From IMG/VR virus record IMGVR_UViG_3300020044_000271, positions 1-27,994 of that record: a stretch of DNA of 27,994 nucleotides; one strand, 5' to 3'. The notes under the pieces were generated by a model that did not search any database, was not told where the DNA came from, and was given only the letters and a program-made list of their open reading frames with translations. Shown here in pieces: positions 7,752 through 16,705 of this stretch. A program made the translations under genes and the position numbers. Source of the DNA: a virus. Taxonomy: Duplodnaviria > Caudoviricetes. The number at the start of each line of letters is the position of its first letter. The stretch's first letter is position 1.

Positions 7752-8468
7752 TTAACTATATTCTGAAATACCAGAAAAATCATATGGACTGTTTGTCATT
7801 CCTGTACCACTAGGAAAACCACCGCTACTACGATTTCGCAGTGCATTAAGTAAATTGTTGTTGCTTGTGTAGTTTAAGTACGTTCCTAAACCGCCAGTAA
7901 ACGCATTAGACGCGCCTACTTGCCCCGCTGCTTGAGCTGCCGCACCGCCAGTCATTAGATTGCCAACATTGGCTGCGTTAGCCGCACCATATTGACCTAG
8001 TTGGTTAGTTGTAGTTTGACCAATGCCAGCCAAAGATTGCAAAGGGTTTAGTTGCGCATTGCGCTCAGTTTGATAACGGTTGAATGCGTTCATGTATTCT
8101 TGTGAACCCATGTCCTGACCATAACGCTGCGCGGCCTTTAATGCGCCGCCAGAGATTAAGCCGCCACGGGCGGCAGCGCTTCGGTCAAGCGCCTTTTGAC
8201 CTTCAGACAAACGGAATGCGTAGCCTGGGTCTTGCTGAAACTGATCCATGCCAAACTTTTGATAGTTTGTTGCCAAAGGCGTTAGCGCATTAAGTGCAGT
8301 TTGCCCCGCCGCACGATAGGGCGCTAGGTCTTCACGGGTTTGTTGATACTGTTGGTTTTGAAGTTCAGCAGCGCGGTCTGCGGCAGCAGCTTGCGTAGAC
8401 GCTGCGCTTTTAGCTGCGCTTGCGCCCAGTAAGGCGCTTCCACCAATTGCTAGGGCCATCCATGGCAT
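7752..8468 (-). CDS. DNA transfer/ejection protein (P22 gp7-like)
   Basis: Start MPWMALAIGG at 8468 with AGGAG RBS; Ala/Gly/Gln-rich; DPGYAFRL.EG.KAL..SAAARGG..SG motif. Confidence 0.8.
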   Translation of the reverse strand: MPWMALAIGGSALLGASAAKSAASTQAAAADRAAELQNQQYQQTREDLAPYRAAGQTALNALTPLATNYQKFGMDQFQQDPGYAFRLSEGQKALDRSAAARGGLISGGALKAAQRYGQDMGSQEYMNAFNRYQTERNAQLNPLQSLAGIGQTTTNQLGQYGAANAANVGNLMTGGAAAQAAGQVGASNAFTGGLGTYLNYTSNNNLLNALRNRSSGGFPSGTGMTNSPYDFSGISEYS

Positions 8469-8469
8469 A

Positions 8470-8811
8470 TTAGTTCTCCTGTAGGCACTGGGCCAGTTCT
8501 TGAGCCTTGGCTTGATCGCCTGGCACAATTAAAACTTCATCAATTTCGTTTATATCAGTGCATTCTGTCGCATGAATGCAATACCACACAACATCTGTGA
8601 GCGATTTTACGCCATGATGTTTATTTGCTTCAATAGTCAAACAAGCTGGCGCGTGAATAATTTTGCGCTCATCACCCACCATCAACTCAATCGAACCACT
8701 GGCAAGAATCGACAGGTGGCTAAACTTATGCTTATGCTGCACAAGCACATGGCCCGCTGGTATCAGCGTTTCTTTGGCGTAGACCCCTGCACTAAAGTGA
8801 TGGTTGATCAT
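8470..8811 (-). CDS. cupin-fold (RmlC-like) protein
   Basis: HKHKFSH..ILASG ... IEANKHH cupin metal-binding motifs; TAATG coupling to the upstream gene. Confidence 0.8.
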   Translation of the reverse strand: MINHHFSAGVYAKETLIPAGHVLVQHKHKFSHLSILASGSIELMVGDERKIIHAPACLTIEANKHHGVKSLTDVVWYCIHATECTDINEIDEVLIVPGDQAKAQELAQCLQEN

Positions 8812-9146
8812 TAGGTCACCTGACGTCCAGAAACGCGAATGTTAATTGCGCTACCCGTGCCTGCAATTGTACTGATAAAGTCGCCAGCGCCAAGCACTTG
8901 GCCGACCAACTCGGGAAACGTATAGACCTCAGACGGTTGCAAAGTCTTGGTCTTGGTAATCAAGTTGGTGTTGCCAGCAGTGTCAGACGTTGTGACCAAG
9001 TTGACGGAAATTGTAGCGGCAGACGCGGTAATGTTGGTGGCCGTAAATTTGTCAATGATGGTCGTAACGCCCGTTGAGGTGTATTGCGTTGTTTGGGTTG
9101 CTTCGGCAAATTTTGCCGGTACTAGGACTTTGACGGTAACTGTCAT
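8811..9146 (-). CDS. small beta-rich structural protein
   Basis: Thr/Val-rich 111 aa; coupled to neighbours on both sides. Confidence 0.75.
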   Translation of the reverse strand: MTVTVKVLVPAKFAEATQTTQYTSTGVTTIIDKFTATNITASAATISVNLVTTSDTAGNTNLITKTKTLQPSEVYTFPELVGQVLGAGDFISTIAGTGSAINIRVSGRQVT

Positions 9147-10156
9147 TGGAAACCTCCGATATTATTTGCGACTGTAAGGATTATGGACGGAATGCGCGGG
9201 TAGGGTGCTACCGCAGGAAATGTTTTTAACTCAACATTTACGTCGGTAACCGAAAACATTAACTCAACGTAATCATTGGCTTTTAAGTCAAAAAAATAAT
9301 TAAGAGAGGGAACTACTGCCGCGCTGTCACTTTCATTCAAAAACGAAAATTCAATGATTGAAGTTAATGGCGGCGCTGTGCTGAATGTTACTGTAGTCCC
9401 AACAAGAGTGTATGTATTTTTATCTTGATACACCCCGTTAATAAAAATCTGATTTGGCGCAAAAGCAACTACAAAGATTGTTTGTGATCCAGTACCAGTT
9501 GCATTTGCTACCAATGAACCGCCGCCAGCACTGACCTCTATTTGTCTGCCGCTATCGGGTACGTTAACACCGTTTAGCCTAAACCAAAAGAAAATGTCGG
9601 CCGTACTACTGCCAATGTTGTCCAATTGAAACGATGCGGTAAAGTTGTAAATACCTTCGCTGTCCACAACAATACGCGAAGTGGGCGAACCAATAAGTAC
9701 GCCTTTGCTTAATGTAGTATTGTTAAACGTGACTGCTGTGGCCGTGTTAATGGTTGCAGCTACTTGCGTGGTGGTGTCATAAAACGAACCGTACCTTGCC
9801 AGTTTAAATTCCCTTGGCGGCGGGGTAAGCTGCAAGCCTTGAATCTGCTTTTGCATCTCGGCTACTTCAGATTCTAGGACAGAGCAGCAGTCGCCTAATA
9901 CATCAGGAACTGGCAAAGTAACTACTGGCGGCAAGGTTTGCAGTTCCTGATTAACCGAGCGAAGCGCCGCATCGTAAGACGCAACTAAAGATTCAACATC
10001 AGAACCAAGATTAACATCGTCAACAACTGCCGTAGCAACATTATTAAGCGACAAGAAAAACATGTACCAAGCGCGGTCAATTAAGCCCGTGCGAGGGTCA
10101 ATCAGCGGCACTCGGGGCGGCGTGATTGGCGTTGGTGTCGCGTTAGGGCTAGGCAT
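9143..10156 (-). CDS. tail protein in P22 gp26 (needle) position: coiled coil plus beta-sandwich
   Basis: Directly follows the gp10-like gene. PRVPLIDPRTGLI.R.W..F N-terminus, coiled coil, C-terminal YGSFYDTT...GIYN...DYVELM domain. Confidence 0.6.
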   Translation of the reverse strand: MPSPNATPTPITPPRVPLIDPRTGLIDRAWYMFFLSLNNVATAVVDDVNLGSDVESLVASYDAALRSVNQELQTLPPVVTLPVPDVLGDCCSVLESEVAEMQKQIQGLQLTPPPREFKLARYGSFYDTTTQVAATINTATAVTFNNTTLSKGVLIGSPTSRIVVDSEGIYNFTASFQLDNIGSSTADIFFWFRLNGVNVPDSGRQIEVSAGGGSLVANATGTGSQTIFVVAFAPNQIFINGVYQDKNTYTLVGTTVTFSTAPPLTSIIEFSFLNESDSAAVVPSLNYFFDLKANDYVELMFSVTDVNVELKTFPAVAPYPRIPSIILTVANNIGGFQ

Positions 10157-11687
10157 TCGTTGGACTCAAAATGAGTTCAGCGCCCATGATCGTAATTTTC
10201 ACAGGATCAGTGCCCGACAACTCATACACGCGATCGCGCAATTTAACAGTCATGCCCAAACGGCGCCAGATTACACGCTTGTAATACTCGCCAATTTTGC
10301 CCATGGACTTCCAATGTTCGTTTGACCAAGTGTGGCCGCCATCGTCTGAGAAGCGAAGCATAACTTGAGGATCTCTGCCTTGAGTGTTAATTGCCTCTTG
10401 CGCTGTAATCAAGTAATCATTTGATTCGGTAATAAGAAAATTACCATTTTCAGCTTGTAAATAAGTGCTTTCAAAAATTATTGAATTGTTTAAGCCTACA
10501 CCAGACTCGCAATCAAGTTGCAAGGTGTGTTGGGTTGTTCGTTTAAGAGTGTTTGTGCCAGTAGGCAACGCGCGCCAAGAACGCAGCCATTTTTGGGTGC
10601 TTCCGTTGTCGCTAAAGTCATCTAGGTCAAACGCATAGATGCGGCCGTTTTGGTAGTCGCCAATGACAATCTGGTTGTTAAATGCCATCTGGCAATTGCC
10701 ACGGTGACGGGTAAACTGACCGTTGGCAAAACCAGCGCGCTCATGCCACGCCTGTGTGGCGGCGTCATAGACCCAAGTTGTGTTAGCAAGCGGGAAAACC
10801 AGTACGTAGAAGCTGTGGCCGTCTTGCTGGTATGTGTAGCCAATTGCGTCGGTTAAATCGCCGTACTGCTGAATCTGCCATTCAACCGCATGGGTTGAGA
10901 TGCGCACGCCAGTGTAGCCGTTGGCGCGGTAGACAATACCTTGGCCACGGCGGTCACGGCCAAGCCAGAACAGGCCGTTGTCCATCTTGGCCACTGAGTA
11001 AGGAGCCGCGCAGCCAAGTTCGTTAAACGCGCCTTGGATGCGTTGTAGAGGAAAATCTGCTGCGCCAGAATCGTACCAAACCTCAATTGAGTTTGTGCCA
11101 AACGCCCACACTTCTCGGAAGTTGGACGCCACGGCGACTAGCCCGTCAGGTGAGCCTTCTGTACTGGCAAACTCTAAGGGATCAATTGACGTGCCGTCTA
11201 GCAAAGCAGTGATCCACATTTTTTGGCTGTTTGGCTCGTTGAACACAAAGTAGCCGTCCAGATAGCACACGGTCACGGCGCCTGGAAAGTCTGGATCAGT
11301 GATCTGGCCAAACCCGCCCGTTGTGTTGTTGTAGATGTAACTAGGGCCGTTGGCCGCAATAAACAGTTGCGTGCCGTTGTCAGCCATACTGACTGGCCCG
11401 AAGCCGTTGACAGTGCCAATCAGTGTGGCCACATAAGAATTGTTGATTTTGTAGAGTTCCGTGCCCGACACAACAAACCCCACGCCGTCTTGGGGTGAGA
11501 AAGCCCACAAGCCACGGATCGGGCCAGTGCCAATGGTGTTGAGCAAGCGCAAGCCTGGGGCGCGGTTTAGGAACGCTGGCTCTTTGCCTGCCTCGGGAAC
11601 AATTTCAGGAAAGAGATTGACCATTCTGGCATCCGCAGCGTTGACGCTGCGTGCCACATAAGTAGAGCCAAGAATCGGCGTCTTCAT
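10149..11687 (-). CDS. P22 gp10-like DNA-stabilisation / tail hub protein
   Basis: NLFPE, ADNG, DGYFV, FASTEGSPD, YQQDGH.FY, S.DGG.TW and WRRLG motifs; position after the gp4-like gene. Confidence 0.9.
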   Translation of the reverse strand: MKTPILGSTYVARSVNAADARMVNLFPEIVPEAGKEPAFLNRAPGLRLLNTIGTGPIRGLWAFSPQDGVGFVVSGTELYKINNSYVATLIGTVNGFGPVSMADNGTQLFIAANGPSYIYNNTTGGFGQITDPDFPGAVTVCYLDGYFVFNEPNSQKMWITALLDGTSIDPLEFASTEGSPDGLVAVASNFREVWAFGTNSIEVWYDSGAADFPLQRIQGAFNELGCAAPYSVAKMDNGLFWLGRDRRGQGIVYRANGYTGVRISTHAVEWQIQQYGDLTDAIGYTYQQDGHSFYVLVFPLANTTWVYDAATQAWHERAGFANGQFTRHRGNCQMAFNNQIVIGDYQNGRIYAFDLDDFSDNGSTQKWLRSWRALPTGTNTLKRTTQHTLQLDCESGVGLNNSIIFESTYLQAENGNFLITESNDYLITAQEAINTQGRDPQVMLRFSDDGGHTWSNEHWKSMGKIGEYYKRVIWRRLGMTVKLRDRVYELSGTDPVKITIMGAELILSPTNA

Positions 11688-12400
11688 TAGTAGTTACCGG
11701 CATAGATGTTAAAACGCTGGCGGTTGGCCACCAATGCGTAAGGCAGTGCCATCACGTCATCTGGGTTGTTGATGCGTTTCAGGTCACGCTTAGAAGTCAT
11801 GGCAATGCGCTGCACCTGTGGGCTTGGCTCAACGCCAAACTCAGGGGCAAATTCCATGGCCAAGTTGTATGTAAACGCCCGCAGGTAACCAGGTGGGTAG
11901 TACAACACCGTGGACAAATTGGCAGGTTTGTTTAATTCTTCTACCGAAATAAAGTGCCACTCCAAGTCCTGCGTAGGACGTGGGTAAACAAACATTTCAA
12001 TGTCAGGAAACGTCATGTTAATGAACATGACCTGTGGGTATGTAGATGTTACGGTCTTAACAGCAATACCATCGTACTGCTGTTGATTGATAAATTTGAT
12101 GCCATACGACACGCCATTGGGCGCTTTGAAATATGTGGCGTCGTCTAGCAAAATGGGGCGGTTGCCTTGAAAGTCGCCCGATGGGCCAAGGGTGCGACTA
12201 ATTGCGCTTGCTGGCCATGTAAAGACTTGATCTTGCGTAGAAAAGACAGACAGACGTTCTGTGTTCCAACTGTCGATCATCTGGTTTAACGCCATCAAGG
12301 CGTCTTGTGACGTGGCCGCAGAGGGCGTTTCACCTTCAGCAAGCACGCCAAGGAGCCGAAGCGCCCGATTGATTTGTTCGCCAGCGGTGTACGTTGTCAT
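11687..12400 (-). CDS. P22 gp4-like head-to-tail adaptor
   Basis: TAGEQINRALRLLGVLAEGETP....DAL.ALNQM.DSW N-terminus and YNLA.E.APEFG; synteny. Confidence 0.8.
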   Translation of the reverse strand: MTTYTAGEQINRALRLLGVLAEGETPSAATSQDALMALNQMIDSWNTERLSVFSTQDQVFTWPASAISRTLGPSGDFQGNRPILLDDATYFKAPNGVSYGIKFINQQQYDGIAVKTVTSTYPQVMFINMTFPDIEMFVYPRPTQDLEWHFISVEELNKPANLSTVLYYPPGYLRAFTYNLAMEFAPEFGVEPSPQVQRIAMTSKRDLKRINNPDDVMALPYALVANRQRFNIYAGNY

Positions 12401-12402
12401 GC

Positions 12403-12588
12403 TTAGACCTCTTCGGTAGTCACTTTTCTACGGCGCTTAACTTCCAGCACGTTCACAGGAGCCGCTTCAGGTTCAGAAGGCGTGTCTGGATTATAGCGAG
12501 TCCAGCCATTTTTTTCATCTGTTTCAGCTTCAAGTTCCATGGTGGCAATTTTGGCGCCATGGACAGGGTGAATCATTATGATGTTCAT
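12403..12588 (-). CDS. hypothetical 61-aa protein
   Basis: HPVHG.K...E.E.DE..GW pattern with a basic tail; GAGG RBS for the next gene lies at its end. Confidence 0.7.
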   Translation of the reverse strand: MNIIMIHPVHGAKIATMELEAETDEKNGWTRYNPDTPSEPEAAPVNVLEVKRRRKVTTEEV

Positions 12589-12590
12589 AT

Positions 12591-12617
12591 TAGAAAGGGG
12601 GTGATTAGCCCCCTTTT
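12591..12617 (-). terminator. Rho-independent terminator-like hairpin (possibly bidirectional)
   Basis: Minus strand AAAAGGGGG-CTAATCA-CCCCC-TTTCT, just after the 12621..12857 gene. Confidence 0.6.
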
Positions 12618-12620
12618 AGT

Positions 12621-12857
12621 TTAGCCAATAAGCCAAGCAGAGCCGTTACAGAAGACTGGAACGACGTTAGAGCCACCGCCAACAACAGTAGCACCAATAC
12701 CAGCGGTATATGCGGTGTTTGAGTTGCTAACAGCAGCGCGTGTGCCAGCCAAAGCTGTAGAGGCAGTAGGCAAAGTAGCCACTGTGTACAGTTTGAACTG
12801 AGCAGAGTCAAGAGCAGGGTCGGAATACGCTACGCCGACTGGTTGATTATTTGCCAT
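12621..12857 (-). CDS. small virion protein (putative capsid accessory)
   Basis: YTVATLPTA...G.RA.VS ... VPVFCNGSAW.IG short beta module; AAGGA RBS. Confidence 0.7.
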   Translation of the reverse strand: MANNQPVGVAYSDPALDSAQFKLYTVATLPTASTALAGTRAAVSNSNTAYTAGIGATVVGGGSNVVPVFCNGSAWLIG

Positions 12858-12868
12858 GATAGTTCCTT

Positions 12869-12890
12869 AAAAACGGGGGCCGAAGCCCCC
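12869..12890 (-). terminator. Rho-independent terminator with cUUCGg tetraloop
   Basis: Minus strand GGGGGC-TTCG-GCCCCC-GTTTTT downstream of the coat and decoration genes. Confidence 0.85.
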
Positions 12891-12895
12891 ATTGT

Positions 12896-13303
12896 TTACT
12901 TCAAGAAGGCCGAGTAGGCAGCGTCACCAGTCTTCACGAAACGGTATGTATATGCACCGAAACGTGGGACAGTCACAGATCCGAAGATTGTGATGCCAGT
13001 GCCTGCTGTAACAGGAACAGTAGACGAAGCGCCGCTGTTGTTGTTATTGCAGATTGTCAACTCAAAAGCCGAGCCAACTTTTGCACTAGGAATGGCTGCA
13101 TCAAGCAACGCTGCTGTGGGCAGTGTCACGGTTAATGTAGCGTCAGTTGCTTTTGCGCAAACAACCAAACCAACAGCTACTTGAGCAGCGGTTAATGTGG
13201 TGTCAGCGGTCAAGCTGGTGGGAACGGTTTGAACCGTCAGTTGTGCTTCTGTCAGATTGCCGTCACCAATTTGGTAACCGCCTGCGCCATTAGGTAATGC
13301 CAT
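12896..13303 (-). CDS. putative capsid decoration protein
   Basis: 135-aa Ala/Thr/Val-rich protein directly after the coat gene and before the terminator; TAAGGA RBS. Confidence 0.65.
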   Translation of the reverse strand: MALPNGAGGYQIGDGNLTEAQLTVQTVPTSLTADTTLTAAQVAVGLVVCAKATDATLTVTLPTAALLDAAIPSAKVGSAFELTICNNNNSGASSTVPVTAGTGITIFGSVTVPRFGAYTYRFVKTGDAAYSAFLK

Positions 13304-13331
13304 GATAATTTCCTTAAAAAGATGTTACGAA

Positions 13332-14531
13332 TTAGCCCCAGATGCGGCAGCCCATTTGTGGGCGAATCGCATTGAAACCGTACAAAACGTCAATACGGCA
13401 AGGCATACGATCGTTGTTAATATCGTACTGGCGCACGACACGCAAAGAGATGCCGTTGTGGACAGCGCGAGCAGCCATGTCGACGCCTTGGGGCAACAAC
13501 AAGTCAGCAGTAGCGAACGTAATAGCGTCCTTATGGTAGACCAAGTTCTGAGCGTACTGGCTAGAAGCCGCACCAACGAACACTACAGCTTTGCCAGTAG
13601 CAGGCAATGTGTTCATAGTCGCCAAAGCGTTGTTTGCTGAGTACATTGGAGCCACGGTCACAGTAGCAGTTGTAGTAGACGTTGAAGACGCCAAAGCTAC
13701 GAACTGGAACAGTGAACCAGTTGACTCACGAGTCTGTGGGTTAACAGCGTACACGTCAGCAATTGTGAACACGTCGCCAACAGCGATAGTCTCGCCAGAG
13801 CCAACAGTCAGCGTCAATGTAGCAGCGCCTTCAGAAGTCACAGCAGCGCCAGTGGTGTTACCTGTGGCAGCGCGAGTACCAGTTGAATGCTGCTTGATAG
13901 ACTGAGACATGTTGATCTCGTCAAAGCCCAACACGCCAGTGCCCATCATGCCGTTCTTGAACTGCTTGCTGATGGTGTCTGTAGGATTGAACAGACCCTT
14001 CATGCCTTCAACCAAACCAGCGTTAGCGGCAGGGTTGACAGTGGCGTAACGGGGGTTCATCACAGCGGCGTTTTCGTTCAGCTTCTGCTGGGCTTGGAGC
14101 AAGACCAAAGAAGTAGAAGGTGTAGTGCCAGGTGTGCCGACAGAGTTACCGATGGATTTGTACGCATTGGCCACGTCTGCATCAATAGAAGATGCCAACT
14201 GGCTGATACGGGGCTTGAACACACGCTCTGCGAAGTCGTCCAATTGCATGGTCAATTCAGCAGATGTGAAGTTAACACCGATGTGCTTTTGGCTGGCAAC
14301 GGTCAATGTGGTGAACTGCTCGTTGTCGTCTTGCACTTGCAAGGCAGCGCCGTCAGTTACCAAAGCGCGATCAGGTAAACGGATACGCAGTGTAGAGCCA
14401 ATCTTTGCGCCTTCAACAGCGAAAGAGTCGTCATACTGGCGGTTTACGTTACGGGTGATCACCAAGTTGTTTTCCAAGATCTCCAACGCTTTGCGTGTGA
14501 TCATGTCAATCGTCAGAATACTATTAGACAT
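13332..14531 (-). CDS. major capsid protein, P22 gp5 (coat) family
   Basis: MSNSILTIDMITRKALEILENNL, KIGSTLRIRLP, YHKDA..FATADL, RIDVLYG; 399 aa. Confidence 0.93.
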   Translation of the reverse strand: MSNSILTIDMITRKALEILENNLVITRNVNRQYDDSFAVEGAKIGSTLRIRLPDRALVTDGAALQVQDDNEQFTTLTVASQKHIGVNFTSAELTMQLDDFAERVFKPRISQLASSIDADVANAYKSIGNSVGTPGTTPSTSLVLLQAQQKLNENAAVMNPRYATVNPAANAGLVEGMKGLFNPTDTISKQFKNGMMGTGVLGFDEINMSQSIKQHSTGTRAATGNTTGAAVTSEGAATLTLTVGSGETIAVGDVFTIADVYAVNPQTRESTGSLFQFVALASSTSTTTATVTVAPMYSANNALATMNTLPATGKAVVFVGAASSQYAQNLVYHKDAITFATADLLLPQGVDMAARAVHNGISLRVVRQYDINNDRMPCRIDVLYGFNAIRPQMGCRIWG

Positions 14532-14550
14532 ATTAAAAATCCTTTAAAAG

Positions 14551-15339
14551 TTAGCGGTTCTGCGCTTCCCACTTCTTTATCTGTCGTTTGCGTTCGGCCT
14601 CAATCCACTGCGAATCCGTCATGGTCTTGGTAGACCTTGGATCAGTAGTGTCATAAGCCGACACCCCAGTGGAGCGTGCGGTGACAAGAGAAATCGGCGC
14701 TGGCGCTGATGTTGTTTTCTTAATCGGGGGCGCTGAAACCAGTTTGGCCTCAATTTTCCCAATTTCTTTCGCCTGACCGAGTGGCGTCATGCGTGAGATG
14801 CGATCCGCTTCTTTTGGATTTGAGCCAAGGTAGTACGCTAACTCAGGCCCAATGTCCGAAGACTGGATCGTTTCAGCCATCACGTTGGTGATCGGAAGTT
14901 TAGGGTTGTAGGCGACTTGTTCAAAGTCGTCGTACTTTGTCCTAGCTTCTTCTTCAAGATCGTGATAACTCTCAAGAACTTGCGACTGCTGCTTGGCTGC
15001 TTCACGTTTGGCGATCAGTTCTTCGGCTTTCTGATAGGCCAATGCTTCCGCATAGGCTTCAGGGCTTTCAAACTGGTCAACGGACGCAGTTGGCGCAGCT
15101 TTCATCACCTGTTGTTCAGACTGGCGATTCGCTTGCTCTCTTTCCCACTTACGTTGCTCTCTTGCGAGGCGTTTGCCGATCATCGCGTCAATTTCAGCTT
15201 GGGAGTATTTTTTCTCTTCAGCTTGCTCGACTTGGTTCTCAGCGACTTCCGGCGTACTTTCAGCAACTTCAGGTGTGGCCGTCACATCCGTGGTTGGCGC
15301 GGAGTCTACTTCCGCTAGGGCTTGGACTTCTTCAGTCAT
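14551..15339 (-). CDS. capsid scaffolding protein
   Basis: Acidic N-terminus, coiled coil, GPELAYYLG.NP.EA.RI; lies directly before the coat gene. Confidence 0.85.
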   Translation of the reverse strand: MTEEVQALAEVDSAPTTDVTATPEVAESTPEVAENQVEQAEEKKYSQAEIDAMIGKRLAREQRKWEREQANRQSEQQVMKAAPTASVDQFESPEAYAEALAYQKAEELIAKREAAKQQSQVLESYHDLEEEARTKYDDFEQVAYNPKLPITNVMAETIQSSDIGPELAYYLGSNPKEADRISRMTPLGQAKEIGKIEAKLVSAPPIKKTTSAPAPISLVTARSTGVSAYDTTDPRSTKTMTDSQWIEAERKRQIKKWEAQNR

Positions 15340-15345
15340 TTTTCT

Positions 15346-15377
15346 GAATCCTAAGATTCCTCGGTCTACTGGGCCGA
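15346..15377 (-). promoter_or_regulatory. tandem hairpins in the scaffold 5' leader, one covering the Shine-Dalgarno
   Basis: Minus strand TCGG-CCCAGTAGA-CCGA, then GAATC-TTAG-GATTC, which contains AGGA 9 nt before the ATG. Confidence 0.5.
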
Positions 15378-15403
15378 TACAGTTGTTTTAATCTTACACT
15401 AAA

Positions 15404-16702
15404 TTAGACAGCAATGCCTGGATAAACTCTACGCATAATAATCTTATACGTCAAGCCGTAACTGCTGCCTGTGACGTTCATCTCAACCACGTTGGCATTT
15501 AATCGCAACCATGCAGGCGTAGAGCCTGAGTAACTACGCAGTGTGCTGTTCATGATCGTACCCGCATCAAAACCTGTGCTTAGATCGGCTGCGCCTGCAT
15601 AACAGGTGTATTCGTACAGTGCTTTAGAGTTGACTGCTGTTCCAGTGACTTCAGCCGCAGGGATTGTATAAACTGGAGTCCATGTAGCACTGGTAAGAAA
15701 TCCATTGGCAGAATACATGGTTTCATTGCCAAAAATAACGCTACCGCCAGCCACAGGCACAGTCACATTTTCACCAATAACCAGATCACGGTTGGATGAA
15801 ATGTCTGCGTTGATCCTTGGCAAGTACAAGTTGTAAGGGTACTGAAGCGTTACGCCGCGTTCATTAAATGCCACGGCGGTAAAGACAAAGACGTTGGCCG
15901 CAGTGCCGCTTGTCCAGCCATAAGGCGCTCTAATAACGGGTGTGGCTTCAAGACTGACAAAGTTACTGCCATTGGCTTCAAAGTAAGGCGTAATGATCTC
16001 TGCCATACCGCCAGCAAGGTGGAACGCGCCGTTGGTTGTCGTGCTACTGCCGCTGTACTCAATGACGCAGTTGATGTACGTCATGTTGTTGGCGTTGGTC
16101 TGTGTGATACCGCGCAAGCAGCCAGATATATAAGCCCGATTAACCACAACTGATGTGCAAGCTGTGCCCAAGTTAAGTTCAAAACTTAACCCATAGTTAC
16201 ATTCACCAGCCGTGTAGTTGTCTAGACCAATATAAACGCAACCCTTAATCTCGCAGCCAGAGCCGCTAAAGTTAGTCGCACGGATGTTGTTAAATTGAGC
16301 GTAAGACGTGCCAGTAGACAAAATGCCGTAGGTCAAGAAAGCGTCAGCTTTTGTGCCGTTGGAAGTGAGAATCAAATTCTCAATGGTAAAGAATTGTTTT
16401 GTCTCAGGTGGGGGCGCAAGGTACTGGATGTCAAAAATAGACTCAGTAACAGCCGTGTACAACTTCAAAGTCGTAGACATGTCAAAGCCACTGATCTTTT
16501 TAACAGCATTATTCTTACTGATTGTTAGGCCAGAGTTCAGGCGGTATGTTCCTGAAGGAATGATAATTTCTACTGCGCCTGCATCAATAGCTGCTTGGAT
16601 TGCAGGCTGGCTATCAGCCACACCTGTTGGGTCAGCACCCCAATCAAGCACGTTGACTGGCGCACCAGTGATCATCGAATAGGAAACTTTTGTAAGTGCC
16701 AT
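15404..16702 (-). CDS. tailspike / depolymerase, pectate-lyase-like beta-helix
   Basis: VNVLDWGADPTGVADSQPAIQAAID ... IIIPSGTYR Pectate_lyase_3-type cap followed by beta-helix-like rungs. Confidence 0.82.
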   Translation of the reverse strand: MALTKVSYSMITGAPVNVLDWGADPTGVADSQPAIQAAIDAGAVEIIIPSGTYRLNSGLTISKNNAVKKISGFDMSTTLKLYTAVTESIFDIQYLAPPPETKQFFTIENLILTSNGTKADAFLTYGILSTGTSYAQFNNIRATNFSGSGCEIKGCVYIGLDNYTAGECNYGLSFELNLGTACTSVVVNRAYISGCLRGITQTNANNMTYINCVIEYSGSSTTTNGAFHLAGGMAEIITPYFEANGSNFVSLEATPVIRAPYGWTSGTAANVFVFTAVAFNERGVTLQYPYNLYLPRINADISSNRDLVIGENVTVPVAGGSVIFGNETMYSANGFLTSATWTPVYTIPAAEVTGTAVNSKALYEYTCYAGAADLSTGFDAGTIMNSTLRSYSGSTPAWLRLNANVVEMNVTGSSYGLTYKIIMRRVYPGIAV

Positions 16703-16705
16703 GTT

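Noticed and set aside
8469-8528. Upstream start for the gp7-like ORF
   Set aside because: Lies inside the cupin gene; the AGGAG RBS supports ATG 8468.
13304-13340. Programmed frameshift or read-through extending the coat protein
   Set aside because: No slippery heptamer at the coat 3' end; the alternative frame in the ORF track stops at 13325; the next gene has its own TAAGGA RBS.
13302-14547. Long + strand ORFs antisense to the coat gene (similar ones lie opposite terL, portal, fibre and scaffold)
   Set aside because: Shadow frames produced by codon bias of the real - strand genes; no RBS or recognisable motifs.
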